59,140 nt of DNA from an uncultured bacterium (GTDB lineage: Bacteria; Verrucomicrobiota; Verrucomicrobiia; Opitutales; Intestinicryptomonadaceae). The notes under the pieces were generated by a model. That model worked only from the letters and a program-made list of their open reading frames with translations, did not search any database and was not told the origin of the DNA. The stretch is taken from contig CAJMOT010000001.1 of assembly GCA_905214995.1 (NCBI GenBank), positions 1 through 59,140 on the forward strand, in the 5' to 3' direction. The position numbers and the translations under genes were made by a program. Below, piece after piece: positions 24,012-33,600 of the stretch (the stretch's first letter is position 1; every line of letters starts with the position of its first letter).

Positions 24012-24575
24012 ATGACACGCAACCCCAAAAGAGCCGCATCTTATCCCAATTTGTACCTGTTGGGCTTTATGGGCACGGGCAAGTCGTCCGTGGGCAGGAA
24101 AATCGCGGCGCGGCTCGGAATGAGGTTTCTGGATTCCGACGCGGAAATCGAAAAGTCCGCCGGCATGGAGATAAAAGACATTTTCGCCAAGTTCGGGGAG
24201 GAGAAATTCCGCGAGATGGAGCGCAAATTCATAGAGTCGGGGCATCCCGACAGCGGGTGCGTCGTCTCGTGCGGCGGCGGGCTGTGCTGCCGCGACGGAA
24301 TGCCGGAGCTCGTCAGGGGCAGGGGCGTTTGCGTAGTCCTGTTTTCGACGCCGGAGGAAATTTGCGAAAGGGTTTCAAAGAGCGACAAAAGGCCGCTCAT
24401 GAACGTAGAAAACCCCATACTCAGGATAAGGGAGCTCCTGGCGCTCCGCACGCCCTATTATATGCGCAGCGGCATAGCCATAGCCGCCGACAAAAACATA
24501 AAAAGTACGGTCGAGCACGTCGAGCGCATTTACCGCGCCTGCCTGCGCAGGCGCCGCGCGCGCGAACAGTCGTAG
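24012..24575 (+). CDS. aroK: Shikimate kinase
   Basis: LLGFMGTGKSSVG, FLDSD, GEEKFREME, SCGGG, KRPL. Confidence 0.93.
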   Translation: MTRNPKRAASYPNLYLLGFMGTGKSSVGRKIAARLGMRFLDSDAEIEKSAGMEIKDIFAKFGEEKFREMERKFIESGHPDSGCVVSCGGGLCCRDGMPELVRGRGVCVVLFSTPEEICERVSKSDKRPLMNVENPILRIRELLALRTPYYMRSGIAIAADKNIKSTVEHVERIYRACLRRRRAREQS

Positions 24576-24597
24576 AGGCGTTGGGTTTTGCGAATTG

Positions 24598-24627
24598 CGC
24601 CGCCCTTTGCGGGGCGGCGTTTTTTTG
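24598..24627 (+). terminator. Intrinsic terminator after aroK
   Basis: CGCCGCCC/GGGCGGCG stem followed by a T run. Confidence 0.8.
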
Positions 24628-24795
24628 CTCCGAATTTCCGCCTTGGAATCTTTGCAGAGGGTTTGTTGCGCCCGCGGGATTCGCGGTAGTTAAACGGAAA
24701 AGCGCGGAGAGATGCGCGGCGGAAAATTGGAAAATGGGAATAAAATGTCTGCGGGAAAATCCCAAGATTTACGACACCAGCTTTTATTGCATTTA

Positions 24796-24890
24796 AGGGA
24801 ATTTCGCCGGCGAAGGAGGCGTTCGCCGTTCACGGGAGGTCAACGCGCCCTATTCGGCGAACGCGCCGGAGGGCCGCCAGCTGCGGCGCG
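24796..24890 (+). repeat. Intergenic degenerate copy of 31195-31296 (internal segment of the GH42-like gene)
   Basis: 24796-24841 vs 31195-31240 match at 40/46. 24847-24890 vs 31253-31296 match at 43/44, including 37 consecutive identical nt. The middle is 7 nt shorter. Confidence 0.9.
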
Positions 24891-24893
24891 TCC

Positions 24894-26285
24894 CTAATTC
24901 TGCGGGGATTTTGCCGCGCGCTTTGGGGCGGCGGGCGTTTCGGGATTTACGATGTGGAAGGAAATCGCGCTGTCGCGCTGGACTTCGACCAGGATTTTTG
25001 AGCCGCTTCCGGAGAGTTTTGAGTAGATTTCTTCGAGCTCCTTGGCGGTAGTCACCCTCTTTCTGTTCACCGAGAGAATAATGTCGCCCGCCTCGATTTT
25101 CGCGAGATCGAACGGAAAGCCGCGGCGTATGCCTATTACCATCAGGTTGGAGTCGCATTTGATTTTTGCCTCGCGCTTGAATACGGTGGTGATCTCCTGC
25201 ATTCCGGCGCCCCATTTTTCGAGGGAAAATTCCCTGCCTACCCGGCTTTCGAGCCTTTCGCACACGGGGTATTTTTCGAAAATCTTTCCGTTCCTCTGGA
25301 TTTCGAGCGCGATTTTTTCGCCTATGGGCGAAGACGCTATGCGGTTCATTATCGCGGGAAGCTGTTCGGGGAACCTGCCGTCCACGCTCTCCGAATTTAT
25401 TTTCAAAATTATGTCGCCCGGGACTATTCCGGCGTCCGCCGCCGGAGAGCCCGCGTCCACGTTTTGCACGAGAACCCCCCTGTTGGTGGCCACGTCGAAA
25501 AACTGCTCCATGTCCTGGAGCGGCGCGGGCGTTATGCCTATGTACCCGCGCGAGACCGTCGAGTTCTTCGAGAGCGCGTCGAGCACGCCGCGGGCGACGT
25601 TGGAGGGTACCGCGAACCCGAGGTTGTTGGAGTTCGCGTAGGCGCGCGTGTTGATGCCGACCACCTTGCCGTCGGGCAGGGCGAGCGGCCCGCCGCTGTT
25701 GCCGGGGTTTATTGCGGCGTCGGTTTGCAGCCAAGTGTTGAAGTTGCCGGTTTCGTAGCCGCTGTTGAGTATCGTCCCCTCAAAATACCTGCTGGCGTTT
25801 GAAATTATCCCGCGCGTGACGGTTCTCGCGAAGCCGTGCGGCGTTCCTACGGCGTACACTGCTTCCCCCGACTTCAAGTCCGCCGAGTTCCCGAATTCTG
25901 CGTGCGAAAACTCGAGGCCGCGCCGCCGCACATCCTCCATATCGAGGCGTATCAGCGCAAGATCCGTCCAGTGGTCCCAGCCGACGAACTCGGCTCTGAC
26001 GCGCTCGAGGTTCGCGAGGGTGACGACGATTTTCGTCGCGTAGCAGTTTACGACGTGCGCGTTCGTGAGAATTGTCCCGTCGGCGTCCATTATTACGCCC
26101 GAGCCGATGCTGCGCACCGTGAGGCTTCCGCCGTCCTTTTGGGATTTCTCCCACACGTCGATTTTGACGACGCTTTGGAGTAGGTTTTCGAAGCCCGCGC
26201 TCTCGGGGCGCCCGCGCCCGTCGAACGACGAGCAGGCGCACAAAATCGCGCACGCGATTGCCGCGAAGATTGCGGAAAGCCTCAT
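24894..26285 (-). CDS. HtrA/DegP-like serine protease with PDZ domains (probable lipoprotein)
   Basis: GSGVI, LTNAHVV, TDLALI, QTDAAINPGNSGGPL, PDZ-type GSPAADAGIVPGDII; N-terminal LCAC. Confidence 0.92.
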   Translation of the reverse strand: MRLSAIFAAIACAILCACSSFDGRGRPESAGFENLLQSVVKIDVWEKSQKDGGSLTVRSIGSGVIMDADGTILTNAHVVNCYATKIVVTLANLERVRAEFVGWDHWTDLALIRLDMEDVRRRGLEFSHAEFGNSADLKSGEAVYAVGTPHGFARTVTRGIISNASRYFEGTILNSGYETGNFNTWLQTDAAINPGNSGGPLALPDGKVVGINTRAYANSNNLGFAVPSNVARGVLDALSKNSTVSRGYIGITPAPLQDMEQFFDVATNRGVLVQNVDAGSPAADAGIVPGDIILKINSESVDGRFPEQLPAIMNRIASSPIGEKIALEIQRNGKIFEKYPVCERLESRVGREFSLEKWGAGMQEITTVFKREAKIKCDSNLMVIGIRRGFPFDLAKIEAGDIILSVNRKRVTTAKELEEIYSKLSGSGSKILVEVQRDSAISFHIVNPETPAAPKRAAKSPQN

Positions 26286-26289
26286 CGCT

Positions 26290-26712
26290 TTACGGCCTCC
26301 GCCCCGTCTCCGCCGTAACCCGTATGGCGATTCCGCCGCGGGAGTTGAAATTTCCCTCGACCCTGCACCACACGGGGTCGAGAGCCTTTGAGAGGTCGTC
26401 GAGGATTATGTTTGTCAGATGCTCGTGGAAACAGCCCTCGTTTCTGAACGACCACAGGTAGAGCTTGAGGGATTTGCTCTCCACGATTTTCTCGCGCGGG
26501 ACGTAGGAGATTTTTATCGTGGCGAAGTCCGGCTGGCCCGTTGCGGGGCAAAGGCAGGTGAACTCCGAGGTCTCGAGCTCTACGAGATAGTTTCTGCCCG
26601 GGTTTTTGTTGGGGAAAACCTCCAGTTTGCGCGAGGGCTTCGCCTTTTTTCCGCCGAGCGCTGCGCCCAGCAGCGTCAGCCCTTCCAAATCTTTCTTTTG
26701 CGTCTTTTTCAT
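26290..26712 (-). CDS. queF: NADPH-dependent preQ0 reductase (type I)
   Basis: EFTCLCPATGQPDFA, VESKSLKLYL.SFRN, FHE, RGGI. Confidence 0.95.
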   Translation of the reverse strand: MKKTQKKDLEGLTLLGAALGGKKAKPSRKLEVFPNKNPGRNYLVELETSEFTCLCPATGQPDFATIKISYVPREKIVESKSLKLYLWSFRNEGCFHEHLTNIILDDLSKALDPVWCRVEGNFNSRGGIAIRVTAETGRRP

Positions 26713-26720
26713 TCCGTCCG

Positions 26721-27704
26721 TCAGAATTCTATCATCACTTTTCCGAGGCGCGAATTTTCCGTGGCGCGCCTCATAGCGGCCTCTATGTCCGCCATTTTGT
26801 AGCGGGAGTCCACCGGCGCTTTTAACACGCCCGCGGCTATCAGCTCGAACACCTGCGAAAACAGGGCTTCGCATTCCGAGCGAGAGTGCGTGCGCTGCCA
26901 TTTGTCCCACCAGAACCCGCGCAGGCGGAGGTCGTTGAAAATCAGAAAGCGCGTCGGAAAGCGCACGGGCTCGCCCGTCATGCCGCCGATTGTGACGACG
27001 GTGGCGGAGTCGCCCATGGCCTTTATCATGTTCGAGACGCTGGCGCCGCCTATCTGGTTCAGCCCGAGTTTGAGGCAGTTGCCGGTCGCCTCCTTTATCG
27101 CTTTGGCGTCAAATTCGGCTTCGTCGACTACGATGTCCGCGCCGTACCCCTCGAGCATGGCGCGCTTTTTGCCGGCGTTGCGCAGCATATTTACGGTTTT
27201 TATCCCGCGCGCGGAGCAGATTTGAATCATGAAAATCCCCAGCGCGCTGCCCGCGCCGTTTTGTATCAGCCAATCTCCGGGTTTCATCTTTTCGAATCCG
27301 TCGAGCACGCAGAGGGCGGTCGGGGGATTTATGAAAGCCATCGCCGCGGCGTCGGGGTCGAGCCCGTCGGGGATTTCGAGCAGGTCGGAGGCCTTTGCGA
27401 TCTGGTATTGCGTCCACGCCCCGGGCTCCGAGGGAAGGCGCACGAGGGCGCCTATGCGGGGCCCTTCGGTTTCGGGGCCTAGGGCGGCGACTTCTCCTAT
27501 GCCCTCGCGGCCGGCTATCGCGGGCAGGGGCCTGAGCCTTCCGTACGAGCCGCCTATCATTCCGAGGTCGGAGGGGTTGACGACGGCTCTCACGAGCTTG
27601 ACGACAGCCTCCCCCTTTTGGGGGTCTGGAATTTCAACGGTTTCGGGTCGCACCACTTCGGCGGGGTTGCCGTAGGTCTTGTGTACTGCTGCTATGCTTT
27701 TCAT
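26721..27704 (-). CDS. 2-enoyl thioester reductase, MDR superfamily (MECR/Etr1-like)
   Basis: VNPSDLGMIGGSY, GREGIGEV, INPPTA, LIQNGAGS, LIFNDLRLRGFW; no Zn-binding Cys pattern. Confidence 0.82.
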   Translation of the reverse strand: MKSIAAVHKTYGNPAEVVRPETVEIPDPQKGEAVVKLVRAVVNPSDLGMIGGSYGRLRPLPAIAGREGIGEVAALGPETEGPRIGALVRLPSEPGAWTQYQIAKASDLLEIPDGLDPDAAAMAFINPPTALCVLDGFEKMKPGDWLIQNGAGSALGIFMIQICSARGIKTVNMLRNAGKKRAMLEGYGADIVVDEAEFDAKAIKEATGNCLKLGLNQIGGASVSNMIKAMGDSATVVTIGGMTGEPVRFPTRFLIFNDLRLRGFWWDKWQRTHSRSECEALFSQVFELIAAGVLKAPVDSRYKMADIEAAMRRATENSRLGKVMIEF

Positions 27705-27835
27705 TTCGGTTTACATTAGAGTTGCGCGCGCCTTAAAAGTCAACGAACAATCCGTTGGCGCCTCTTTTGGCGATTCGCGTCGCTATCCTCGAAAAAACTT
27801 GCGCGCCCGCGCGTTTTGCCGATAAGTTTTCGGAT

Positions 27836-29878
27836 ATGGAAAATCCTTTTTTGGCGGCGGAACTCCCGCCCGACTGGACGAAAATGAAGCCGGAATTCGC
27901 GGCGGAGGCCGTGGATTTGGCCGTTGAAAAATCGCGCGCCAACATCGCGGCGATAAAGGCGCTCCCCGCGGGAGGGCTCGATTACGAAAATTGCGTTTTG
28001 GCGTTCGATTCGGCGACCGAGCCGCTCGACACCGCATATTCCCGTCTCGGGCACCTCGTTTCCGTGGCGGATTCCGACGCCTTGCGCGCGGCGTACGGCG
28101 CGCTCGTCGGGAAAATCGCCGATTTTTATTCCTCCGTGCGCCTCGACGACGGGCTCTACGCGAAGCTTGCGGAATACGCGGCCTCCCCGGAAGGAAAATC
28201 CCTCGAAGGCCCGCGCGCGCGGATGCTTTCGGAGACTATGCTCGATTTCGAGCTCGGCGGCGCGAAGCTTCCGGCGGAGGGGAAGCGGAGAATCCGCGAA
28301 ATCGACGGGCTGCTCGCGCAGAAGGCGCAGAAATTTTCCGAAAACGTGCTCGACGACACCAAGCGCTTCACCCTCCACATCGGCGACCCGTCCGAGCTCG
28401 AAGGGCTTCCGCCCACGGCCGTCGCGGTCGCCGCGCAAAAGGCGGCCGCGCGTGGGGAATCCGGCTGGGATTTCACGCTCGAGCAGCCATCCTACGTCCC
28501 GTTCATGTCCTACGCCGCCGACGATTCCCTGCGCGAAAAGCTCTGGCGGGCCTCGGCGCGGCTGGCGTCCGACGGCGAATATTCCAACTGGGGGCTTATG
28601 GCGGAAATTTTGAGGCTGCGCGCGGAAAAGGCGCGGATTCTCGGGCGCGCGGATTTTGCGGACCTCGTCCTCGAGCGGCGCATGGCCCGCAGCGGGGCGA
28701 AGGCGCTCGCGTTCGTTGAGGACCTGCGCGGGAAGTTCTCCGCGGCGTTCGAGTCCGAATGGCGCGAGCTGCTCGACTTCTCGCGCTCCGAGGGCCTGCT
28801 CGACGGCGGCAAGATGCCCCCGTGGCGCGCGGCGTACGCCTCCGAAAAGCTGCGGGCAAAAAAATACGGGTTCGACCCCGAGTCGCTGCGCCCGTACTTC
28901 CCGATGGAGGCCGTAATGCGCGGAATGTTTGAAATCTGCCGCAGGCTCTACGGAATAGAAGTTTCGCGCGCGGAAATGTCGGCGCCCGCGTGGGATCCGG
29001 CTGTCGAGCTCTTCGAGGTCCGCGCTCCGACGGGCGGCGTCATGGGGCTGTTCTACGCCGACTTCCGCCCGCGCAAAAACAAGCGCGCGGGGGCGTGGAT
29101 GAATCTGCTCGAGCCCGCCAAGCGCGGCCGCCCCGCGTTCGGCGTGATAGCGGGCAACCTCTCCGAGCCCGCCGGCGGCAAGCCCGCGCTCCTTTCGCAT
29201 TCCGACGTCGAGACTCTATTCCACGAGTTCGGGCATCTCATACACTTCTTCATGATGGATTCCCCCGAGCTCTCGCTGCGCAATGTAGCGTGGGATTTTG
29301 TGGAACTTCCGTCGCAGATTATGGAAAACTGGTGCCGCTCGCGCGAGGGGCTCGACGTCTTTGCGCGCCATTATGAGACGGGCGAAAAAATTCCGGAGGA
29401 GCTGTTTGAAAAATTCGAGAAGTCGCGGAAGTTCATGGGCGCGAACGCCGCCATGCGCCAGCTCTCCTTCGCGCAAATCGACCTGTTGCTGCACGTCAGG
29501 CCGGAGGAGTTTATCGCCGCGGGAATCGAAAATGCCGCGCGGCGGGAGCTCGCGGGGTTTACCCACGAGTACTCCGAGGCTGTTCCGACGATTCTGCCGC
29601 GCTTCACGCACCTGTTCGGCGACGCGGTGGGCTACGCGGCGGGCTATTATTCGTACAAGTGGGCGGAAGTCCTGGAGGCCGACGCGTTCTCGCGGTTCGA
29701 GCGCGAGGGGATTTTCAATCCGGAAGTCGGCGCGGAGTTTGCCGAAAAGGTTTTGAGGGTGGGCAACTCGGTCGATCCCGCCGACGCTTTCAGGAATTTC
29801 ATGGGGCGCGACCCCGACGCATCCGCGCTCGTGGCGCGCTCGATAGACTCTGCGGCGCGCGGGGCGGCCGAAGGCTGA
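27836..29878 (+). CDS. prlC: M3-family oligopeptidase A
   Basis: MENPFL start, KRAGAWM, TLFHEFGH, WDFVELPSQIMENW, YAAGYYSYKWAEVL. Confidence 0.92.
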   Translation: MENPFLAAELPPDWTKMKPEFAAEAVDLAVEKSRANIAAIKALPAGGLDYENCVLAFDSATEPLDTAYSRLGHLVSVADSDALRAAYGALVGKIADFYSSVRLDDGLYAKLAEYAASPEGKSLEGPRARMLSETMLDFELGGAKLPAEGKRRIREIDGLLAQKAQKFSENVLDDTKRFTLHIGDPSELEGLPPTAVAVAAQKAAARGESGWDFTLEQPSYVPFMSYAADDSLREKLWRASARLASDGEYSNWGLMAEILRLRAEKARILGRADFADLVLERRMARSGAKALAFVEDLRGKFSAAFESEWRELLDFSRSEGLLDGGKMPPWRAAYASEKLRAKKYGFDPESLRPYFPMEAVMRGMFEICRRLYGIEVSRAEMSAPAWDPAVELFEVRAPTGGVMGLFYADFRPRKNKRAGAWMNLLEPAKRGRPAFGVIAGNLSEPAGGKPALLSHSDVETLFHEFGHLIHFFMMDSPELSLRNVAWDFVELPSQIMENWCRSREGLDVFARHYETGEKIPEELFEKFEKSRKFMGANAAMRQLSFAQIDLLLHVRPEEFIAAGIENAARRELAGFTHEYSEAVPTILPRFTHLFGDAVGYAAGYYSYKWAEVLEADAFSRFEREGIFNPEVGAEFAEKVLRVGNSVDPADAFRNFMGRDPDASALVARSIDSAARGAAEG

Positions 29879-29946
29879 AATCTTTGCGGTATTTATTTTT
29901 CGTATTTTCTTGAACGCCCGCTTTGGAAAAGTATAACTTCAACGCA

Positions 29947-30597
29947 ATGAAAACGCGCAATATTCTGATAGCCATATCCGCTTTTGCCGCGGCTCTCGCG
30001 TGCTCCGGCGCGCAGAAGACGGAGGACCTCTTCAACGGAAAAAATCTCGACGGGTGGAAGTTCTTCGTCGAAAACGGCGCCGCCAAGCCTGAGGATGTGT
30101 TTTCCGTCAAGAACGGCATGATACACATAAAGGGCGTTCCGTTCGGCTTCATGTACACCGAAAACAAATATTCGAACTTCCGCTTGCACGTCGAGTGGAA
30201 GTACCCGATAGGCGGCGGCAACAGCGGAATATTCCTCTACCTGCAAGAGCCGGCAAAAGAGCTGTGGCCGAACGCCGTGGAATGCCAGCTGTGCTCCGGC
30301 AAGGCGGGAGACTTCGTGCTGCTCGGGGGGTCGGACGTCGCGGAATACAAGGCCCCCGAGGGAAAGCCGCGCCCAAAGTTCCCCGTCGTCGAGAGATTCG
30401 AGAAGAACCGCGAAAACCCCGTGGGCGAGTGGAACAGCGCGGACATCGTGTGCCGGGACGGAAACATAGAAGTCTACATAAACGGAACGCTCCAAAACGT
30501 CGGCACGAAGTCGGCGCATTCGAGCGGCTACATCGGGCTGCAAAGCGAGGGCGGGGACATTCTCTTCCGCAACGTGCGCCTGACCCCGATGGACTGA
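29947..30597 (+). CDS. Secreted DUF1080 (3-keto-disaccharide hydrolase-like) protein
   Basis: LFNGKNLDGW, NSGI, ECQL, GEWN, GYIGLQSEG..I.FRNV; signal/lipoprotein N-terminus. Confidence 0.88.
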   Translation: MKTRNILIAISAFAAALACSGAQKTEDLFNGKNLDGWKFFVENGAAKPEDVFSVKNGMIHIKGVPFGFMYTENKYSNFRLHVEWKYPIGGGNSGIFLYLQEPAKELWPNAVECQLCSGKAGDFVLLGGSDVAEYKAPEGKPRPKFPVVERFEKNRENPVGEWNSADIVCRDGNIEVYINGTLQNVGTKSAHSSGYIGLQSEGGDILFRNVRLTPMD

Positions 30598-30620
30598 CGT
30601 CCGGACACTTGGATTTCGCG

Positions 30621-30647
30621 ACCGCCCGCATTCGGGCGGTTTTTTTT
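30621..30647 (+). terminator. Intrinsic terminator after the DUF1080 gene
   Basis: ACCGCCCG/CGGGCGGT stem followed by a T run. Confidence 0.85.
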
Positions 30648-30683
30648 GTAGCCAAGCGCGCCAAAACCCGCGACAATATTCAA

Positions 30684-33600
30684 ATGCGAAATATAATACG
30701 GTTTGCAAGGTTCGCCGCGCTCGCCGCAGTCTGCCCGGCCGCGCTCGCGCTCGAAGACTACAAAAAGCCGGTCGCGGAAGACGCCGATTTTTTCCCGCCG
30801 TTCGACTCCATAAAGCCTCCGCTGCTCATGCCGCGGGACGCGAAGTTGGAGTTTTCCAAAGAGGGGCACTTTCTCGTGGACGGCGAGCCGCGCTATATGG
30901 AGGGCACGATTTTCTACGAGGGAGAATCGATCTCTTTCGGCGTTCCGACATACGGGTATCCGCCGTCGCTCAAATGGCTCTACGAGACTACCCAAAACTA
31001 CGAGGATTTGCAGAGGCTCGGTTTCGACACGGTCGGCACGGGCGTTCCGAACGACTGGATGCGGAAATACCGCAAGAGGTTCATTCACATGCGCATCAAC
31101 GATGAAGCATTTCTGCGCTACGCCAAGAGCGGCCTGCCGCTTTACATAGACTTCACCGCGTCGGAATGGAGCCACGGTGGATTGAAATACGCCGAGGGAA
31201 TGCCGCCGGCGAAAGAGGCGTTTACCGTTCCCGGGAGGTCGTACCACTGGATGCCCTATTCGGCGAACGCGCCGGAGGGCCGCCAGCTGTGGCGCGAAAT
31301 GTGGGAGGGCGGAGCCGAGTTTCTGAAAAAGCGCGGCATAAAGCCGTTCATGTACGAGCTCTTCAACGAGCCCGACTACGACGACCTGAGCGAATACAAC
31401 AGAAAGCTTTTCGCCAAAAAGATGAAGTCGAAATACGGCGGCAAGATATCGCGCCTGAATGCCGCATGGGGGGCGTCGTATTCAAATTTCGACGAAATAT
31501 CCGGATTCAAAAACTATGACGAAAACGCGGGGCTTTTTGTGGAGTGGGTGAAGTTCATGGAGGATTCTTTCGCAGGCCTCTGCAAATTCGGGGCGAAGGT
31601 CATTCGCGAGGCCGACGGCCGCCCCGATGTCGGCGTATGCTTTCAGCCGATTTTTCTGGACGGCAACAACGTCAACATCTACAAGGCAGACAGGCATCTC
31701 GACGCGGTGTGCTCATCCACGGGCGGCGGGGATTTCTTCCAGGCGCGCTTTATGAGGGCGATAGCCGACGGCAAGCCGATTTTCGACGGCGAGACCTACA
31801 TGGGGCACACCCGCGAATCCTTCCGCAACAAGATCCTCGAGCAGTACATGCGCGGCTACAACGCCTCCTACCTCTTTAAATGGAGCAGGCGGCCCAACGA
31901 CCCCGCATGGAAGCTCGAAAACGGCGGCGTGAGGCTCGCGGAAAAATTCCCGTACATGGTTCTGAATCCGTACGCGGCGCATCCGCGCGCGCTTCTCGGG
32001 CTGATGGACGCAAAGAGGGCGATATTCTCCGTGAACGGCCTCTTCACTCCGCGCGACAGGGGTGTGAAAAGCGACGTCGCGGTGCTATATTCGTACCCCA
32101 CCAATAGATTGCAGAGGTATCCGAAGGCGCCGCCATTGCAGACCGACATGGAAAAGAAGGTCGCCGCCGCGCTCGAATACTCGCAGGTGCAGTACGACAT
32201 AGTTTTGGAGGAGCAGCTCAAAAGCGGCAGGCAAAACCGCTACAAGGCTCTCGTGTGCGCGGGGGCGGCGTCGTACAAAGCGACGCCGCGCAGGCTGCTC
32301 GAATACGCCGAGGGCGGCGGGACGCTCGTATTGTTTTTCGACGCGCTCACGCTCGACGAGTACGGGAAGCCGCTCGGGGAAACTATTGCGGGCATAGAGT
32401 TCGGAGAGGACAGGAGCGCGGTTTCGGGAGAGCTGAAAATCGGCGGGGAGTCGATGAGGGCGTTCCGCTTCAAGTCGGTGAAAATGCCGGAGGGCTGGAC
32501 TCCCATAGGCGAAATCGGCGGTGAGCCAGCGGTCTGGGAAAAGCCCGCGGGGAAGGGGAAAATGGTGTTTGTGAACGCGAAAGTTTCGGTGGCCGATTTG
32601 CGCAGGCTCGCGTTCGAGATTTTGAGGCGTTCGGGCGTGGAGAAGCTGTGCGGGGTTGAAAACGCGATAACCGGCGCGCCGTGCGGCGCGGTCGAGATGG
32701 CGAAGGCGCGCGCCGGGGGGAAGGTCGGGTATTTTATCTTCAACCGATCGCTCGACGCGGAGGCCGTCGCGCTTGCGCCGAAAGAGGATCTCGTTTTCGC
32801 TGAAATCCTCTCGCGCAAAATAATCGAAAGGGACGCGGAGGGCAGAATCATTCTGCCGCTCAAATCGGGAGAGCCGGCGGTTCTCGTCGGCTCTCCGAAG
32901 GGCGAGGCTGCGCGGGAGTTCGAAGGATTCAAAAGGGTTTCCGGCGCCGACGCCGCGCGCGGGGCGGCCGATTGGGACAGAAAGCTGCGCGAAGAAAAGA
33001 TGAAATCCGCAAAGGCTTTCGACGTTCCCGCCGCAAACCTGCGGACTATTCCCATGCGGGAGTTCGCAAATCTCGACTGCTCCGCCGACATTCCCCTGGG
33101 CGGCTCCTTCGGCAAGTTGAAATCGCTGCCGTGGAGCGTCGAAAACTGCAACGGGATTCCGTTCGACTTCATCAGGCCCGACCACAATAAAAATCTGACG
33201 GCCATCGGCCTTGGCGACTTCGGCGCGAAGGGGAAATTTTCCGAAGTCCGCGGCGTAAAGATAGACTCAAAAGCTTCCGCGCTATACTTTTTGCACGCGG
33301 CCGCCGGAGACGCCGAGGGCGAAATCGCCAAGTACGCCGTCAACTATTCCGACGGCTCGAAAGCCGAAATTCCGATAGTGATGAACCGCAATGTCGGCGC
33401 GTGGGACGCCGTTTTGAATCCGGACAAAAACGCCGAGACGGTCGCGGGGTTCATAAACCCCGACAACCGCGGCCTCTATGTCTGGAAGTGGGAAAATCCG
33501 TTCCCCCACAAGCTCATTGAGTCAGTCGACGCCGTTTTGACCCGCCCGTCCGCGGCGTATTTCGCGGCGGGCATAACCGCGGAATCCCCGTCCGGAGATT

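Noticed and set aside
26713..26720. preQ1 riboswitch upstream of queF; fluoride riboswitch upstream of the crcB relics
   Set aside because: The gaps to the upstream genes are only 8 nt and 2 nt, and no aptamer motif is visible.
30195..30683. Upstream extensions given by the ORF track for the GH42-like gene (likewise murJ, pheS, rpmI, topB, queF, cysE)
   Set aside because: The extensions overlap neighbouring genes, terminators or promoter-like spacers. Homology or signal peptides start at the downstream ATGs used here.
24796..31296. Diversity-generating retroelement reading of the duplicated segment
   Set aside because: The substitutions are not confined to adenines, the copy has an indel, the target is mid-gene, and no reverse transcriptase is present.
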